Below, in pieces: positions 1 to 10,321 of a stretch of 32,000 nucleotides of DNA. The translations under genes and the position numbers were made by a program. This stretch comes from an uncultured bacterium (GTDB lineage: Bacteria > Margulisbacteria > WOR-1 > CAVSGV01), in assembly GCA_963699255.1 (NCBI GenBank), contig OY969425.1, forward strand, positions 780,001 to 812,000. The letters run 5' to 3'. The notes under the pieces were generated by a model, which saw only the letters and a program-made list of their open reading frames with translations, had not been told where the DNA came from and did no database searches. How positions within the stretch are numbered: position 1 is the first letter of the stretch; each line of letters starts with the position of its first letter.

Positions 1-413
1 GGAATGATCTGCCTCGCCTTGTAAGACAATATCACTTTCTCGGCCCTGTCCCGGGAGCTGCTGTCTTCCTGCGAAACCGCTGGGCCTGACATCAAAAGCT
101 CCTCTATTTCTTCTTCACCGGCGAACATCTTTGCGGTGATCCCGCGCCTTTTTGCTTCCTGAAGATAAAGCTGCCTGTTTATAAGATCACCGATAAGCTC
201 TTTCTTCATTTTTTCGCGGACGGACCCATCGATATTCTCACCGAAATATCTCTTATAGGAATCCTCATATCTTGCCAGGGAATACTCATACTCGTCCTTG
301 TAGATGTTGTCGCCGTTAACAACGATGGCGATCTCCGGCTCGGCAACGCACGGGAAGAACAATAAGAGGAAAAACAGCAGGATAACCGATGATCTTTTAA
401 TGTCGCATCTCAC
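1..413 (-). CDS. SurA/PpiC-type peptidyl-prolyl isomerase or chaperone, N-terminal part (gene runs off the left edge)
   Basis: Not in the ORF track because it is open at the edge. Minus-strand reading from GTG at 413: MRCDIKRSSVILLFFLLLFFPCVAEPEIAIVVNGDNIYKDEYEYSLARYEDSYKRYFGENIDGSVREKMKKELIGDLINRQLYLQEAKRRGI... Hydrophobic signal sequence, then the 'VNG..I...E......LI...L..QEAKRRGI' pattern typical of SurA_N domains. Confidence 0.7.
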   Translation of the reverse strand, partial: MRCDIKRSSVILLFFLLLFFPCVAEPEIAIVVNGDNIYKDEYEYSLARYEDSYKRYFGENIDGSVREKMKKELIGDLINRQLYLQEAKRRGITAKMFAGEEEIEELLMSGPAVSQEDSSSRDRAEKVILSYKARQII

Positions 414-436
414 AACTCACATCTCTATTCTCGGCA

Positions 437-1996
437 TCAATGCCTGAAGTGTCTTTTCCCTGTGAACACCAGCGCGATATTATGCTCGTTCGCGGCGGCG
501 ATCACTTCCGCATCCCTGATCGAGCCTCCCGTCTCAATTATCGCGGAAATGCCGGCTTTTGATGCCATGTCGATAGAATCCCTGAACGGAAAGAACGCAT
601 CTGAAGCGAGAACTGCGTTCTTTGCAAGCGTCCCGGCATTTTTAAGCGCTATTTCCACGGACTGCACTCTGTTCATCTGTCCAGCCCCAACACCAAGGGT
701 TTCCTTGCCTTTCGCCACAACTATCGCGTTGGATTTCACAAATTTCACGACGCCCCAAGCGAAGAAAAGATCCTCGAGTTCCGCCACGGAAGGCTGCTTC
801 TTTGAAACGACCTTTATGTCCGACAGGTTCAGCTCGAGCATATCGGTATCCTGAACGAGGAATCCCCCGCGGACCCTTTTGTAATCGAACCCTTTCCACA
901 CGCTGGTCAGCGAGCCCTTCCCCATTTCGAGAAGCCTTATATTCTCCCTTTTTTTAAGGATCTTTAGGGCCCCTTTATCGAATTCCGGCGCCGCTATCGC
1001 CTCGACAAAATGGCCCCCAAGCGCCTTGGCCATTTCCTCATCAACGGTCCTGTTAGCGGCAATGACACCGCCGTAAGCTGAAACAGGATCGGATGCAAAA
1101 GCTTTTTTATACGCGTGCACGATCTTTTCGGCCTGGCCAACGCCGCAGGGGTTGGTATGTTTAACTATGACAACGGTCGGAACAGCGAAATATTTTACAA
1201 TGGCCCACGCTGAATCAATATCATATATGTTATTGAAAGAGAGTTCCTTGCCGTGAAGCTGCTTCATCTGCGTGGTATCTCCAGTAACGCCAAGTTCCCT
1301 GTAAAAAGCCGCCTTCTGATGGGGATTTTCGCCGTAACGAAGGTCCTGCGCCTTCTCAAGGAATATGTCGATCTCGCCGGGCATCCCGGGTTTTGCTTCA
1401 TGCTTTACCCTGCCCTTAAAATAAAGTGATATGCGCGAGTCATACTTTTTCGTGTGCGAGAATGCTTTGCTGGCAAGAAGCTCTTTGGTCTGGAACGAGA
1501 GCTTGCCGCCCTTTTTCCTCAGCTCTTTCAATATCATGTCATAATCGGCCGGGTCTACGATGATCGCGACATCCTTGTAGTTCTTTGCCGCGGCCCTGAC
1601 CATACTGGGCCCTCCTATGTCGATATTTTCGATCGCTTCTTCGTGGGAGAATTTCGGCTTGGAGACCACCTGTTCAAAAGGATACAGATTGCAAACAACG
1701 ATATCTATCGGCCTTATTTTGAACATTTTCAGGTCTTTCAGGTGGTTCTTTTTGCTCCTATCGGCAAGAATGCCGCCAAAGATGGCGGGGTGAAGGCTTT
1801 TTACCCTGCCATCGAGCATTTTCGGATATCCAGTCAGTTCCGGCACTTCGATGACCTTTATCTTGCCTTTCCTTAAGTGTTCTGCCGTCCCTCCCGTGGA
1901 TACGATGTCATATTTCAGCTTCTTCAATCCCTTCGCGAACGGGATCAAATTCGTCTTGTCCGAAACAGATATCAAAGCTAATTTATTGTTTTTCAA
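437..1996 (-). CDS. purH: Bifunctional AICAR formyltransferase / IMP cyclohydrolase
   Basis: 519-aa ORF with ALISVSDKTNLIPFAKGL, STGGTAEHL, VTGYPKMLDGRVKSLHPAIFGG and QDLRYGENPHQKAA; ends ALVFTGKRHFRH. Confidence 0.97.
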   Translation of the reverse strand: MKNNKLALISVSDKTNLIPFAKGLKKLKYDIVSTGGTAEHLRKGKIKVIEVPELTGYPKMLDGRVKSLHPAIFGGILADRSKKNHLKDLKMFKIRPIDIVVCNLYPFEQVVSKPKFSHEEAIENIDIGGPSMVRAAAKNYKDVAIIVDPADYDMILKELRKKGGKLSFQTKELLASKAFSHTKKYDSRISLYFKGRVKHEAKPGMPGEIDIFLEKAQDLRYGENPHQKAAFYRELGVTGDTTQMKQLHGKELSFNNIYDIDSAWAIVKYFAVPTVVIVKHTNPCGVGQAEKIVHAYKKAFASDPVSAYGGVIAANRTVDEEMAKALGGHFVEAIAAPEFDKGALKILKKRENIRLLEMGKGSLTSVWKGFDYKRVRGGFLVQDTDMLELNLSDIKVVSKKQPSVAELEDLFFAWGVVKFVKSNAIVVAKGKETLGVGAGQMNRVQSVEIALKNAGTLAKNAVLASDAFFPFRDSIDMASKAGISAIIETGGSIRDAEVIAAANEHNIALVFTGKRHFRH

Positions 1997-2591
1997 TTTT
2001 CACCCTTCTCCCTTCTATCTTTAATTTTCCTTCGCTGAAAAGCCTTATGGCTTCCGGATATATTCTGTGTTCTTCATCAAGTATCCTGGCCGACAGGGAT
2101 TCTTCCGTGTCGTTATCAAGGACGGGGACCACGGCCTGGATTATTATGGGGCCCGTGTCGCATCCCTCATCGACAAAATGCACGGTGCAGCCGGAAAACT
2201 TGACGCCGTACTCAAGCGCTTTTCTCTGGACATGAAGCCCCGGGAAAGCGGGAAGGAGCGCGGGATGTATGTTCATTATGCGTCCCCTGAAGTGCTGGAC
2301 CAGCTCCGGCGACAAAAGCTTCATGTAGCCGGCAAGGCAGACAAGCCCGACCTTATTTTCCTCAAGCGTCTTGATCACCTGAATATCATATGAAGACCTG
2401 TCGCTGTGTTCCCTGCCGTCAATGACAACAGCCTTTATCCCGTGTTTCCTGGCCCTTTCCAGGGCCGCCGCGCCAGGAACGTTGCTTATGACAACGGCTA
2501 TTTCGACGTTGATCTTTTTGGAAGAGACGGCGTCAATTATCGCCTGCAGGTTCGATCCTCTTCCTGAAACAAGAACGCCGATCTTCAGCAT
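1983..2591 (-). CDS. purN: Phosphoribosylglycinamide formyltransferase
   Basis: 202-aa ORF with KIGVLVSGRGSNLQAIIDA, LAGYMKLLSPELV, IMNIHPALLPAFPG and GCTVHFVDEGCDTGPII; overlaps purH. Confidence 0.97.
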   Translation of the reverse strand: MLKIGVLVSGRGSNLQAIIDAVSSKKINVEIAVVISNVPGAAALERARKHGIKAVVIDGREHSDRSSYDIQVIKTLEENKVGLVCLAGYMKLLSPELVQHFRGRIMNIHPALLPAFPGLHVQRKALEYGVKFSGCTVHFVDEGCDTGPIIIQAVVPVLDNDTEESLSARILDEEHRIYPEAIRLFSEGKLKIEGRRVKIEKQ

Positions 2592-3604
2592 TATTTTATC
2601 TCCACTTCTCCCGATCCTTTTTGAATCTCGCCGATGACCACGCCCCCGGACAGTTTTGCCGTTGCTTTTGCGTCTTTTTTATCCACGACCAGGACCATGC
2701 CAATCCCCATGTTGAACGCCTTGAACATTTCAGCGTCGGATATATTCCCGTATTTTTTTATGACATTGAATATCTTCGGGACGGTCCATGATGAACTGTC
2801 GAACACGGCCTTTGTTCCCTTCGGCAGGACCCTTCCGACGTTCTCCGGAAGTCCTCCTCCCGTTATATGAGCGATCCCTTTTACATTTACCTTATCGAAA
2901 ACCTTAAGCAATGTTTTTGAGTATATGATCGTCGGGGTCAGAAGCGCTTCCCCCACCGTTGCATCAAGCCCGCCGACGCGGCTTGAAACCTTCAATCCCG
3001 CGACATCAAAAATCACTTTTCTCGCCAGAGTATATCCGTTGCTGTGAAGCCCGGATGACGGAAGGCCTATTATCACGTCCCCGGCTATTATTTTCCTGCC
3101 ATCGATCAACTTTTTCTTATCGACTATGCCGACGGCGAACCCCGCAAGGTCATATTCGCCCCTGCCGTAAAGATCGGACATCTCCGCTGTTTCTCCTCCG
3201 ATAAGCGCGCAGCCCGCCTGTTTGCATCCTTCGGTAATGCCTTTCAATATCTGCTCGATGATATCAGGCTCGATCTTATTGCACGCGATATAATCAAGGA
3301 AAAACAACGGTTTCGCCCCGAGGCATGCGACATCATCAGCATTCATCGCAACAAGGTCGATCCCGACCGTGTCGTGTTTGTTCATTTCAAAAGCTATTTT
3401 TACTTTTGTGCCGATCCCGTCGGTACCCGAAACGAGCACCGGTTGTTTGTATCCTTTTTTGTCGATCTCAAAGCAGCCGCCAAAAAGCCCTATCTCGCCC
3501 AGCACTCCCTTGATATTGGTGGACTTAGCGAGTTTCTTTACCCGCCTGACAACCTCATATCCGGCTTCGATGTCAACTCCGGCCTGCTCATATGTAACCG
3601 CCAT
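2591..3604 (-). CDS. purM: Phosphoribosylformylglycinamidine cyclo-ligase
   Basis: 337-aa ORF with GVDIEAGYEVV, GTDGIGTKVKIA, MNADDVACLGAKPLFFLDYIA and GGETAEMSDLY. Confidence 0.97.
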   Translation of the reverse strand: MAVTYEQAGVDIEAGYEVVRRVKKLAKSTNIKGVLGEIGLFGGCFEIDKKGYKQPVLVSGTDGIGTKVKIAFEMNKHDTVGIDLVAMNADDVACLGAKPLFFLDYIACNKIEPDIIEQILKGITEGCKQAGCALIGGETAEMSDLYGRGEYDLAGFAVGIVDKKKLIDGRKIIAGDVIIGLPSSGLHSNGYTLARKVIFDVAGLKVSSRVGGLDATVGEALLTPTIIYSKTLLKVFDKVNVKGIAHITGGGLPENVGRVLPKGTKAVFDSSSWTVPKIFNVIKKYGNISDAEMFKAFNMGIGMVLVVDKKDAKATAKLSGGVVIGEIQKGSGEVEIK

Positions 3605-3608
3605 TAGA

Positions 3609-5009
3609 TCATCTTCCTTTTTTGAATAACAAACTTATGTTCTGCATTTGTTCGGGTATTTTCACGCAGTAACTGCCGTTCAGGCACGCCAGACAAAGGC
3701 TGTTTTTGGGAAGGCTGATGGAATCGACAAGGTTCCTTATGCTCAGGTAAGCGAGCGAATCCGCGTCAAGGAACTTGCGGACGCTCTCAATGCTCATGGT
3801 ACCCGCTATGAGTTCCGCCTTGGACGGAGTGTCTATACCGTAAAAACAGGGGAAAAGTATCGGAGGAGAACTAATCCTCATGTGGACCTCCCGTGCCCCC
3901 GCGTCACGCAGTATCTTGACTATCTGCTTGCTCGTTGTGCCCCGTACAATAGAATCATCGATCACGATCAGTTTTTTCCCTCTCACAACGTCCCTTATCG
4001 GATTAAGTTTTAGCTTTACGCCCAGATCCCTTATTGCCTGGCTCGGCTGTATGAACGTCCTTCCTATGTACCTGTTCTTGATAAGCCCGTCAGCGAACGG
4101 GATATTTGATTCCTGGGCATACCCTATCGCAGCTGATATTCCTGAATCGGGAACTCCGATAGTAAGGTCCGCGTCGACCTTGTTCTCCTTTGCAAGATAT
4201 TTTCCCATTATCGTTCGCGCGTCATAAACGGTCCTTCCGTCAAGTTTGCTGTCCGGCCTGGCCAGATAAATAAATTCAAAGGCACAGAGCGCTTTTTTTG
4301 CCCTCGGAGCGTACGTGATCGACCTGACGCCTTCCTGATCGATCACGACCATTTCGCCGTTCGATATATCCCTTACAAAATCCGCGCCCAGCACGTCAAG
4401 CGCCGCGGTCTCTGAAGAGAAAATATACGAAGAACCGAGCCGGCCCATGCACAAAGGCCTTATGCCGTTGGGATCCCGAACAGCGATCAGCTTGTCCCTG
4501 GTCATTATGACAAGCGCATACGCGCCCTGAACTTTTTTGCACATTGAAATGACGGCTTTTTCGATAGTATCTTCATCCGACCTCGCGATTAGAGCCGCCA
4601 TGACCTCGCTGTCCGTTGTACCTTTAAAGTTATACCCCTGTTCCTTCAGTTCCATCGTAAGTTCGCCCGAGTTCACAAGGTTCCCGTTATGGCCGAGAGC
4701 TATAGGCCCGAATTTGGAATCGAGTACCAGCGGCTGCGCATTTTCTATCGTGCTCGTCCCCGTGGTCGAATACCTGACGTGTCCGCACGCGATATGCCCG
4801 CCGTTCAATCTGTTAAGGATCTCTTCGTTAAAAACGACGGCGCACAGCCCCATTCCCCTGTGGGATATCATGTTCTTTCCGTCAGCTACTGCTATTCCCG
4901 CGCTTTCCTGTCCCCTGTGCTGGAGAGCGAATAAGCCGTAATAGACCATCTTCGACAGGTGGTCGCTGTCAAAAGAATATATTCCGTAAACTCCGCAGAA
5001 TTCTCTCAT
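3609..5009 (-). CDS. purF: Amidophosphoribosyltransferase
   Basis: 466-aa ORF with MREFCGVYGIYS, ALQHRGQESAGIA, GHVRYSTTG, VPDSGISAAIGYA, IDDSIVRGTTSKQIV and C-terminal CLACLNGSY. Confidence 0.97.
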   Translation of the reverse strand: MREFCGVYGIYSFDSDHLSKMVYYGLFALQHRGQESAGIAVADGKNMISHRGMGLCAVVFNEEILNRLNGGHIACGHVRYSTTGTSTIENAQPLVLDSKFGPIALGHNGNLVNSGELTMELKEQGYNFKGTTDSEVMAALIARSDEDTIEKAVISMCKKVQGAYALVIMTRDKLIAVRDPNGIRPLCMGRLGSSYIFSSETAALDVLGADFVRDISNGEMVVIDQEGVRSITYAPRAKKALCAFEFIYLARPDSKLDGRTVYDARTIMGKYLAKENKVDADLTIGVPDSGISAAIGYAQESNIPFADGLIKNRYIGRTFIQPSQAIRDLGVKLKLNPIRDVVRGKKLIVIDDSIVRGTTSKQIVKILRDAGAREVHMRISSPPILFPCFYGIDTPSKAELIAGTMSIESVRKFLDADSLAYLSIRNLVDSISLPKNSLCLACLNGSYCVKIPEQMQNISLLFKKGR

Positions 5010-5010
5010 G

Positions 5011-5430
5011 CTATTCTCCTATTATCTGAACAGCGATATCACGGGACCGGGGCCTTGTGTCATGATCTATAACGACTATCTGCTGCCAAGTGCCGAGCAA
5101 TAATTTTCCTTCCGTAAAAGGCACCGTGAGCGAAGGGCCTATCGCCGATGCCCGTATGTGCGAATAACCGTTGCCGTCGCCCCAGGTCTCATTATGAGCA
5201 TAAACTTCATTCGACGGCGCGATCCGCTCGCCAAAAGCCTTGATATCCTTAACAAGTCCGGGTTCATACTCTAATGTTGTAACAGATGCTGTTGAACCCG
5301 AGACAAAAACATTCACAATGCCGTTCGAGATCTTCGATTTCGAAACAAGATCCGATACCTTTGAAGTTATATCGACAACTTCGTCCTTGCCTTTTGTGCT
5401 TATCCTGACCGACCCGGCAACTACCGGCAT
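5011..5430 (-). CDS. YjbQ/UPF0047 family protein
   Basis: 139-aa ORF with VFVSGSTASVTTLEYEPGL, HNETWGDGNGYSHIRASAIGPSLTVPFTEGKLLLGTWQQIVVIDHD, the UPF0047 signature. Confidence 0.9.
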   Translation of the reverse strand: MPVVAGSVRISTKGKDEVVDITSKVSDLVSKSKISNGIVNVFVSGSTASVTTLEYEPGLVKDIKAFGERIAPSNEVYAHNETWGDGNGYSHIRASAIGPSLTVPFTEGKLLLGTWQQIVVIDHDTRPRSRDIAVQIIGE

Positions 5431-7142
5431 AACTCTTCCAGCTTATCGACAGCCTTATCGATGTCTATCAGCTGGGTCTTTGAATCCGCCCTGGTCTTTA
5501 TCTCGACCTTCTTTTCCGCGAGAGACTTCGGACCTATTATGACCTTTATCGGAAATCCGATAAGGTCTATATCTTTCAGCTTGACCCCTATCGATGAATC
5601 CCTGTCGTCAAGGATCACCTCGACTCCTTTTTTGGAAAGGCCGTCATAGATCCTTTCGGCTACCTTCGATTGTTCCGGTTCCTTCATGTTCACCGGCACT
5701 ATGGCGACCTTGTAAGGAGCCAGCGACAGAGGCCACTTTATCCCGAAATCATCATTGTTCTGCTCGATCACTGCGCCGGCGATCCTGGATACCCCTATTC
5801 CGTAACAGCCCATTATGTACGGTTTTTCTTTCCCGTCCTCGCCGAGATAGTTCGCCTTCATTTTTTCGCTGTATTTGGTGCCTAGCTTGAATATATGTCC
5901 GACTTCGATCCCCCTGGTCATGACAAGTTTCCCTCCGCACTTCGGGCAGGGGTCGCCGACTTTAGCAAGCCGCAGATTATCGGTCTCATCCGCTTTGTAA
6001 TCCCTGCCGTATCTGACGTGGATCATGTGAGCGTCATTCTCGTTGGCTCCGGCGATGCCGTCTTCGATCTCCGTCACCGACCTGTCGGCGTATATCTTGA
6101 CACTCAATCCCACAGGCCCGGCAAAACCGACCGGAGCGCCGGAAACTTTTTCGACAGTTGCGGCGTCCGCCATCTCGATATCTTCCCTGCCGAGGATCTT
6201 CTTCAGTCTTGACTCGTTCAGCTGGTGGTCGCCCCTTATCAGGACAGCAACAACCTTATCTCCGGCTTTATAAAGCAGGGTTTTTATCATACATTCCTGA
6301 GGCACTTTCAGGAATTTTTCCAGTTCCTCAATTGTCTTTATGTTCGGTGTTTTTACCTTTTCAATTTTGGGTATCTTTTTCTCGCATCTCTCATCTCTCA
6401 TCTCGCATCTCTTGATTTCAGCCATTTCCTTCGCCGCCGCGTAATCGCAGCTGTCGCAGTGCATGATCTCATCCTCTCCCGTCGGCGACAGAACCATATA
6501 CTCCTGGGAGAATCCTCCGCCGATAGGCCCGGGATCGGCATGCACCACTTTATATTTGAGTCCGCACCTGTCAAAAATGCGGTTATAAGTTTCATACATG
6601 ATCTTATATGTTTTCTCCAGCCCCGCTTCGTCCTTATCGAAAGAATAAGCGTCCTTCATTATGAATTCGCGGGACCTCATCACCCCAAACCGGGGCCTTA
6701 TTTCATCGCGATATTTGGTCTGTATCTGGTAAAGGTTCAGAGGCAGTTCTTTGTATGACTTTACGTTGCTGCGGACAAGGTCGGTGATCACCTCTTCGTG
6801 CGTGGGGCCAAGGCAGAATTCCCTGTCGTGCCGGTCCTTTATGCGGAAAAGCTCCTTCCCGTAAACATCCCATCGGCCTGTTTCCATCCACAGTTCCGAA
6901 GGAAGAATGGCGGGAAGCTTGACTTCAAGGGCGCCGGCCCTGTCCATTTCCTGCCTTACGATCTGCTCGATCTTATGTATGACCCGCCATCCAAGAGGTA
7001 AATATGTGTAGACTCCTGAAGAAAGCTTCCTGATAAGGCCTGCCCTCAGCATAAGCTTGTGGCTCACTATCTCCGCTTCAGTAGGGTCTTCGCGGAGCGT
7101 GGGGGCAAGCAATCGTGACATCTTCATCTTTTTCCCGATCAC
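5421..7142 (-). CDS. proS: Prolyl-tRNA synthetase
   Basis: 573-aa ORF with GVYTYLPLGWRVIHKIEQIVRQEMDRAGALEVKLPAILPSELW, LGPTHEEVITDLV and the editing-domain region. Confidence 0.96.
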   Translation of the reverse strand: MIGKKMKMSRLLAPTLREDPTEAEIVSHKLMLRAGLIRKLSSGVYTYLPLGWRVIHKIEQIVRQEMDRAGALEVKLPAILPSELWMETGRWDVYGKELFRIKDRHDREFCLGPTHEEVITDLVRSNVKSYKELPLNLYQIQTKYRDEIRPRFGVMRSREFIMKDAYSFDKDEAGLEKTYKIMYETYNRIFDRCGLKYKVVHADPGPIGGGFSQEYMVLSPTGEDEIMHCDSCDYAAAKEMAEIKRCEMRDERCEKKIPKIEKVKTPNIKTIEELEKFLKVPQECMIKTLLYKAGDKVVAVLIRGDHQLNESRLKKILGREDIEMADAATVEKVSGAPVGFAGPVGLSVKIYADRSVTEIEDGIAGANENDAHMIHVRYGRDYKADETDNLRLAKVGDPCPKCGGKLVMTRGIEVGHIFKLGTKYSEKMKANYLGEDGKEKPYIMGCYGIGVSRIAGAVIEQNNDDFGIKWPLSLAPYKVAIVPVNMKEPEQSKVAERIYDGLSKKGVEVILDDRDSSIGVKLKDIDLIGFPIKVIIGPKSLAEKKVEIKTRADSKTQLIDIDKAVDKLEELCR

Positions 7143-7333
7143 CCCTGCCTAATAGAATTCGAGGAACATGTGTATTATACAGGATTTACCAGTGAATTAC
7201 AAGTTAAGGTTTTTATTGATATGACAGCAAATAAGTGGTTTTTTCACGTAAATAAACCCCACGAAAAATAGCCAAAGGAGCAGGACAAACGAGAAGTTAA
7301 AAAAGATTAAATCTTGAATCAAACATACAAGGT

Positions 7334-8005
7334 TTATATATTATTTTCAATAAATATTTTAAAGGAAAGATCTGCCAGTTTTTCCGGCGTCAAAATATCC
7401 AGGTTCTTTGGAACTTTATAATGTGAGAACATTAATTGCCAAGCATATTGCCAGGGAAAATTTTGTGCATTTGGACCATCCCGCTTAGCCCTTCCGAAAA
7501 GCAAAGCAACAAAATTTAGCGGATCATAAGTCCCGGGTTTCATTCCTTTTACTGTGACCGTTGTCATATATCCGGGGAAAATAATTCTTACATCATCGAA
7601 TATTCCCTGGGTCAACGGAGGGAAAACCTTAAAAATGTTGTCCCGCGCACTACTGAATAATTCTGTTATATCTTGAGGATATCCGCACTCCCCTGTTCTT
7701 CCCATTAAAGATTCGGTTTTAAAAGAAATCTCTTTATCGGACTCGTCTAAAAAAAGCGCGCTTCCCAACGTATACGCGACCTCAACATTTTTAATTTCAT
7801 CATGTTCCCTATTTTCAAGCCCGTCACACCCTGCCAGCACACAACCGGTTCTCGCGTCAACAGGATGTCGATCAAAACGGAACAGGAACGGCTTTTTCAA
7901 TATTCCGCACTCCCCATATTGGGTATTATATTCTCGCTCTTTTACCACGAAGGAATTTTTAACCTTGCGAATAAAATGCCCATATTCGGATATATACATT
8001 CCCAT
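7334..8005 (-). CDS. Hypothetical protein, orphan in an AT-rich interval
   Basis: 223-aa ORF; GGAG-containing Shine-Dalgarno (TAGGAGATATAAAAT-ATG) upstream; no family recognised. Confidence 0.6.
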   Translation of the reverse strand: MGMYISEYGHFIRKVKNSFVVKEREYNTQYGECGILKKPFLFRFDRHPVDARTGCVLAGCDGLENREHDEIKNVEVAYTLGSALFLDESDKEISFKTESLMGRTGECGYPQDITELFSSARDNIFKVFPPLTQGIFDDVRIIFPGYMTTVTVKGMKPGTYDPLNFVALLFGRAKRDGPNAQNFPWQYAWQLMFSHYKVPKNLDILTPEKLADLSFKIFIENNI

Positions 8006-8175
8006 ATTTTATATCTCCTATATTTGAGAGCTTAGAATAATTGACTTATTTTCAACCCCTCATCGCTTTCTGCGTATGTTATCGATAGATATAAGTGAAA
8101 ATTTCAGAAAGTACAAATATTTGATGGGGGATTTTTGTTTTTGCTGATATAAGGGAAATCGTCCCTGCGGATCAT

Positions 8176-10317
8176 CTACATCACTATTTTAGGAAAATCG
8201 GCGATCTCAAGGTACATTCTTTCCAGGGTTTTCAGGAGCGCCAGCCGGTTGGCGCGGACCTTTTCGTTCTTGTCCATCACCATAACCTTAACGAAAAAGT
8301 CATCAACAGGTTTCGTCATATTAGACAGCTCTTTCAACGCCGTTTCATAATCATTCCTGCCGATGGCTTCGCCGATGCGGGCATTGACGTCAAGATGAAG
8401 TGCATATAACGATCTTTCATCTTCCTGGACAAAATCAGCTTCAACCACGTTTTCCCTTGTCGCGTTGACGGCCAGCCTCGATATCCTGTCCGCCGTGAAA
8501 ACTATTCCCTTGAACCACTCCTCCTTAAGGCGCCTTGACAGGACCTTTGCTTTTTCGCAGACATCGAGCACATCTCCAAAATGAGAAAGCGCCGCGTCGG
8601 CGACATCATATTTTGTATTTCCTTCAATAAGGACGGCTTTTACTCTGGCCGCTAGAAAAGAGAGCACGTCGGAAGTGACTTTCTGGGCATTATTATATTT
8701 AACGTTCCCCGCCGTGAATATCTCGCCCAGGAAAAGCGGCTCATATAACTTGTAAGACTTTCCGATGAGGTCTTCCAGCTCCAGGTTTATTTTCCTGTTC
8801 AGGAGAACGCTGACTATGCCCTGAGCTTGCCTTCTTAGCGCAAAAGGATCTTCGGAGCCGGAAGGGATAAGGTTTATGCTGAAACATCCCACGATAGAGT
8901 CCATCTTGTCCGCTATCCCGACCACCGCGCCTTCGATGGAAGACGGCATGATATCTTCGGAATGCCTGGGAAGGTAGTGCTCGAATATGCCGTTCGCTAT
9001 CTCCTTCGGCTTGCCTTCGAGGAGGCTGTACTCCCTTCCCATAACTCCCTGGAGTTCGGGCAGCTCATATACCATCTGGGTCAGGAGGTCCGCCTTGCAA
9101 ATCTGGGCGATGCGCTTTATGTTCTCTCTCTGGCTCTGGTTAAGCTTGAGTTCTTTCGCTATCCAGTCGGACAGCGCGACGATCCTCTCCACTTTTTCGG
9201 AAACGGAACCCAGCTTGTCGTAAAACGCGACCTTCTCGAGCTTCGGCAAACGGTCTTCAAGGAATTTTTTTCTATCTTCGTCAAAAAAGAATTTAGCGTC
9301 ATAAAGGCGGGCCGCGAGAACTCTTTCATTGCCTTCCTGCACGTTCTTCAGCCCTTCTTTCCTAACTCCGTTCGCGATATTAACGAACAATGGAAGTATG
9401 CGCCCCGCTGGATCGGAAACCGATATGTATTTCTGGTGCTTCTTCATTACCGTAACGAGTACATCCTTTGGAAGGCTCAGGTATTCTTTTTTAAAGCCGC
9501 CGGAAAGCGGCACCGGCCATTCCACAAGGTAATTGACCTCATCAAGGATGTCCCCTTCGATCAAAGCCGTTCCGCCTTTTCTTTTTGCCGTCTCCCTGAC
9601 CATGTCCGATATCTGCGCCTTTCTCTCGTTCTGGTCAAGCATCACCTTGCCTTTTAAGAGGGCGCTCTTGAAATCCTTGATGTTTATGCCTTTCGCGGTA
9701 TTTATCGTTATCGGCTTCGAGCCGAAGAACCTGTGGCCGAACGTCTTATTTGAGGACCTTATGCCGGCTATCTCAAAGTTCATCACCTTTTTCCCGCAGA
9801 CAGCAAGTATCCAGTGCAGCGGGCGTATGAACTTAAAATCCACGCTCCCCCATCTCATTGAGATGGGAAGATAAAGCGATCTGATGAGCTTCGGAAAAAG
9901 CGATCCAAGGACCTTGTCGGTCTCGATCCCCTTTTCCGTGACGGACGCAAAAACAAATTCCTTGTCGCCGACCTTTTTTATCTTCAGGTCTGAAACGGAA
10001 ACTCCCTGGCCGTTCGCGAATCCCTCCCCCGCCTTAGTCGGGGCGCCGTTTTCGGCGAAAGCCACCTGTTTGTGAGGGCCCCTGACCTCTTTTTTAAGAT
10101 CGTCCTGCTTATGCGGAAGCCCCTCTATGTAAAGCACAAGTCTTCTGGGCGTGCCGTACGTTTCTATCGATCCGTATAACAGCCTTGACGCCTGAAGTTC
10201 TTTTTCAGCCTTTTGTTTAAGGTCGGCAAGTATTGCCGGCATGAACCTGGCCGGAACTTCCTCAAGGCCGATCTCCAGTAAAGCATTTATTTTTTTGTTT
10301 GTTTCCGTTTTTTTCAT
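8176..10317 (-). CDS. glyS: Glycyl-tRNA synthetase beta subunit
   Basis: 713-aa ORF with LLEIGLEEVPARFMPAIL, YGTPRRLVLYIEGL, HKVIDLI-type core (FIRPLHWILAVCG) and GIVFTADRISRLA; lies next to glyQ. Confidence 0.95.
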   Translation of the reverse strand: MKKTETNKKINALLEIGLEEVPARFMPAILADLKQKAEKELQASRLLYGSIETYGTPRRLVLYIEGLPHKQDDLKKEVRGPHKQVAFAENGAPTKAGEGFANGQGVSVSDLKIKKVGDKEFVFASVTEKGIETDKVLGSLFPKLIRSLYLPISMRWGSVDFKFIRPLHWILAVCGKKVMNFEIAGIRSSNKTFGHRFFGSKPITINTAKGINIKDFKSALLKGKVMLDQNERKAQISDMVRETAKRKGGTALIEGDILDEVNYLVEWPVPLSGGFKKEYLSLPKDVLVTVMKKHQKYISVSDPAGRILPLFVNIANGVRKEGLKNVQEGNERVLAARLYDAKFFFDEDRKKFLEDRLPKLEKVAFYDKLGSVSEKVERIVALSDWIAKELKLNQSQRENIKRIAQICKADLLTQMVYELPELQGVMGREYSLLEGKPKEIANGIFEHYLPRHSEDIMPSSIEGAVVGIADKMDSIVGCFSINLIPSGSEDPFALRRQAQGIVSVLLNRKINLELEDLIGKSYKLYEPLFLGEIFTAGNVKYNNAQKVTSDVLSFLAARVKAVLIEGNTKYDVADAALSHFGDVLDVCEKAKVLSRRLKEEWFKGIVFTADRISRLAVNATRENVVEADFVQEDERSLYALHLDVNARIGEAIGRNDYETALKELSNMTKPVDDFFVKVMVMDKNEKVRANRLALLKTLERMYLEIADFPKIVM

Positions 10318-10321
10318 AATT

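Noticed and set aside
462-2870. Plus-strand ORFs (e.g. 462-854, 1454-1876, 2067-2393) opposite purH, purN and purM
   Set aside because: They lie wholly antisense to strongly conserved genes and show low-complexity or mirror-like translation; they are shadow ORFs.
8962-9657. 231-aa plus-strand ORF opposite glyS
   Set aside because: Fully within glyS, whose protein sequence is clearly conserved; treated as a shadow ORF.
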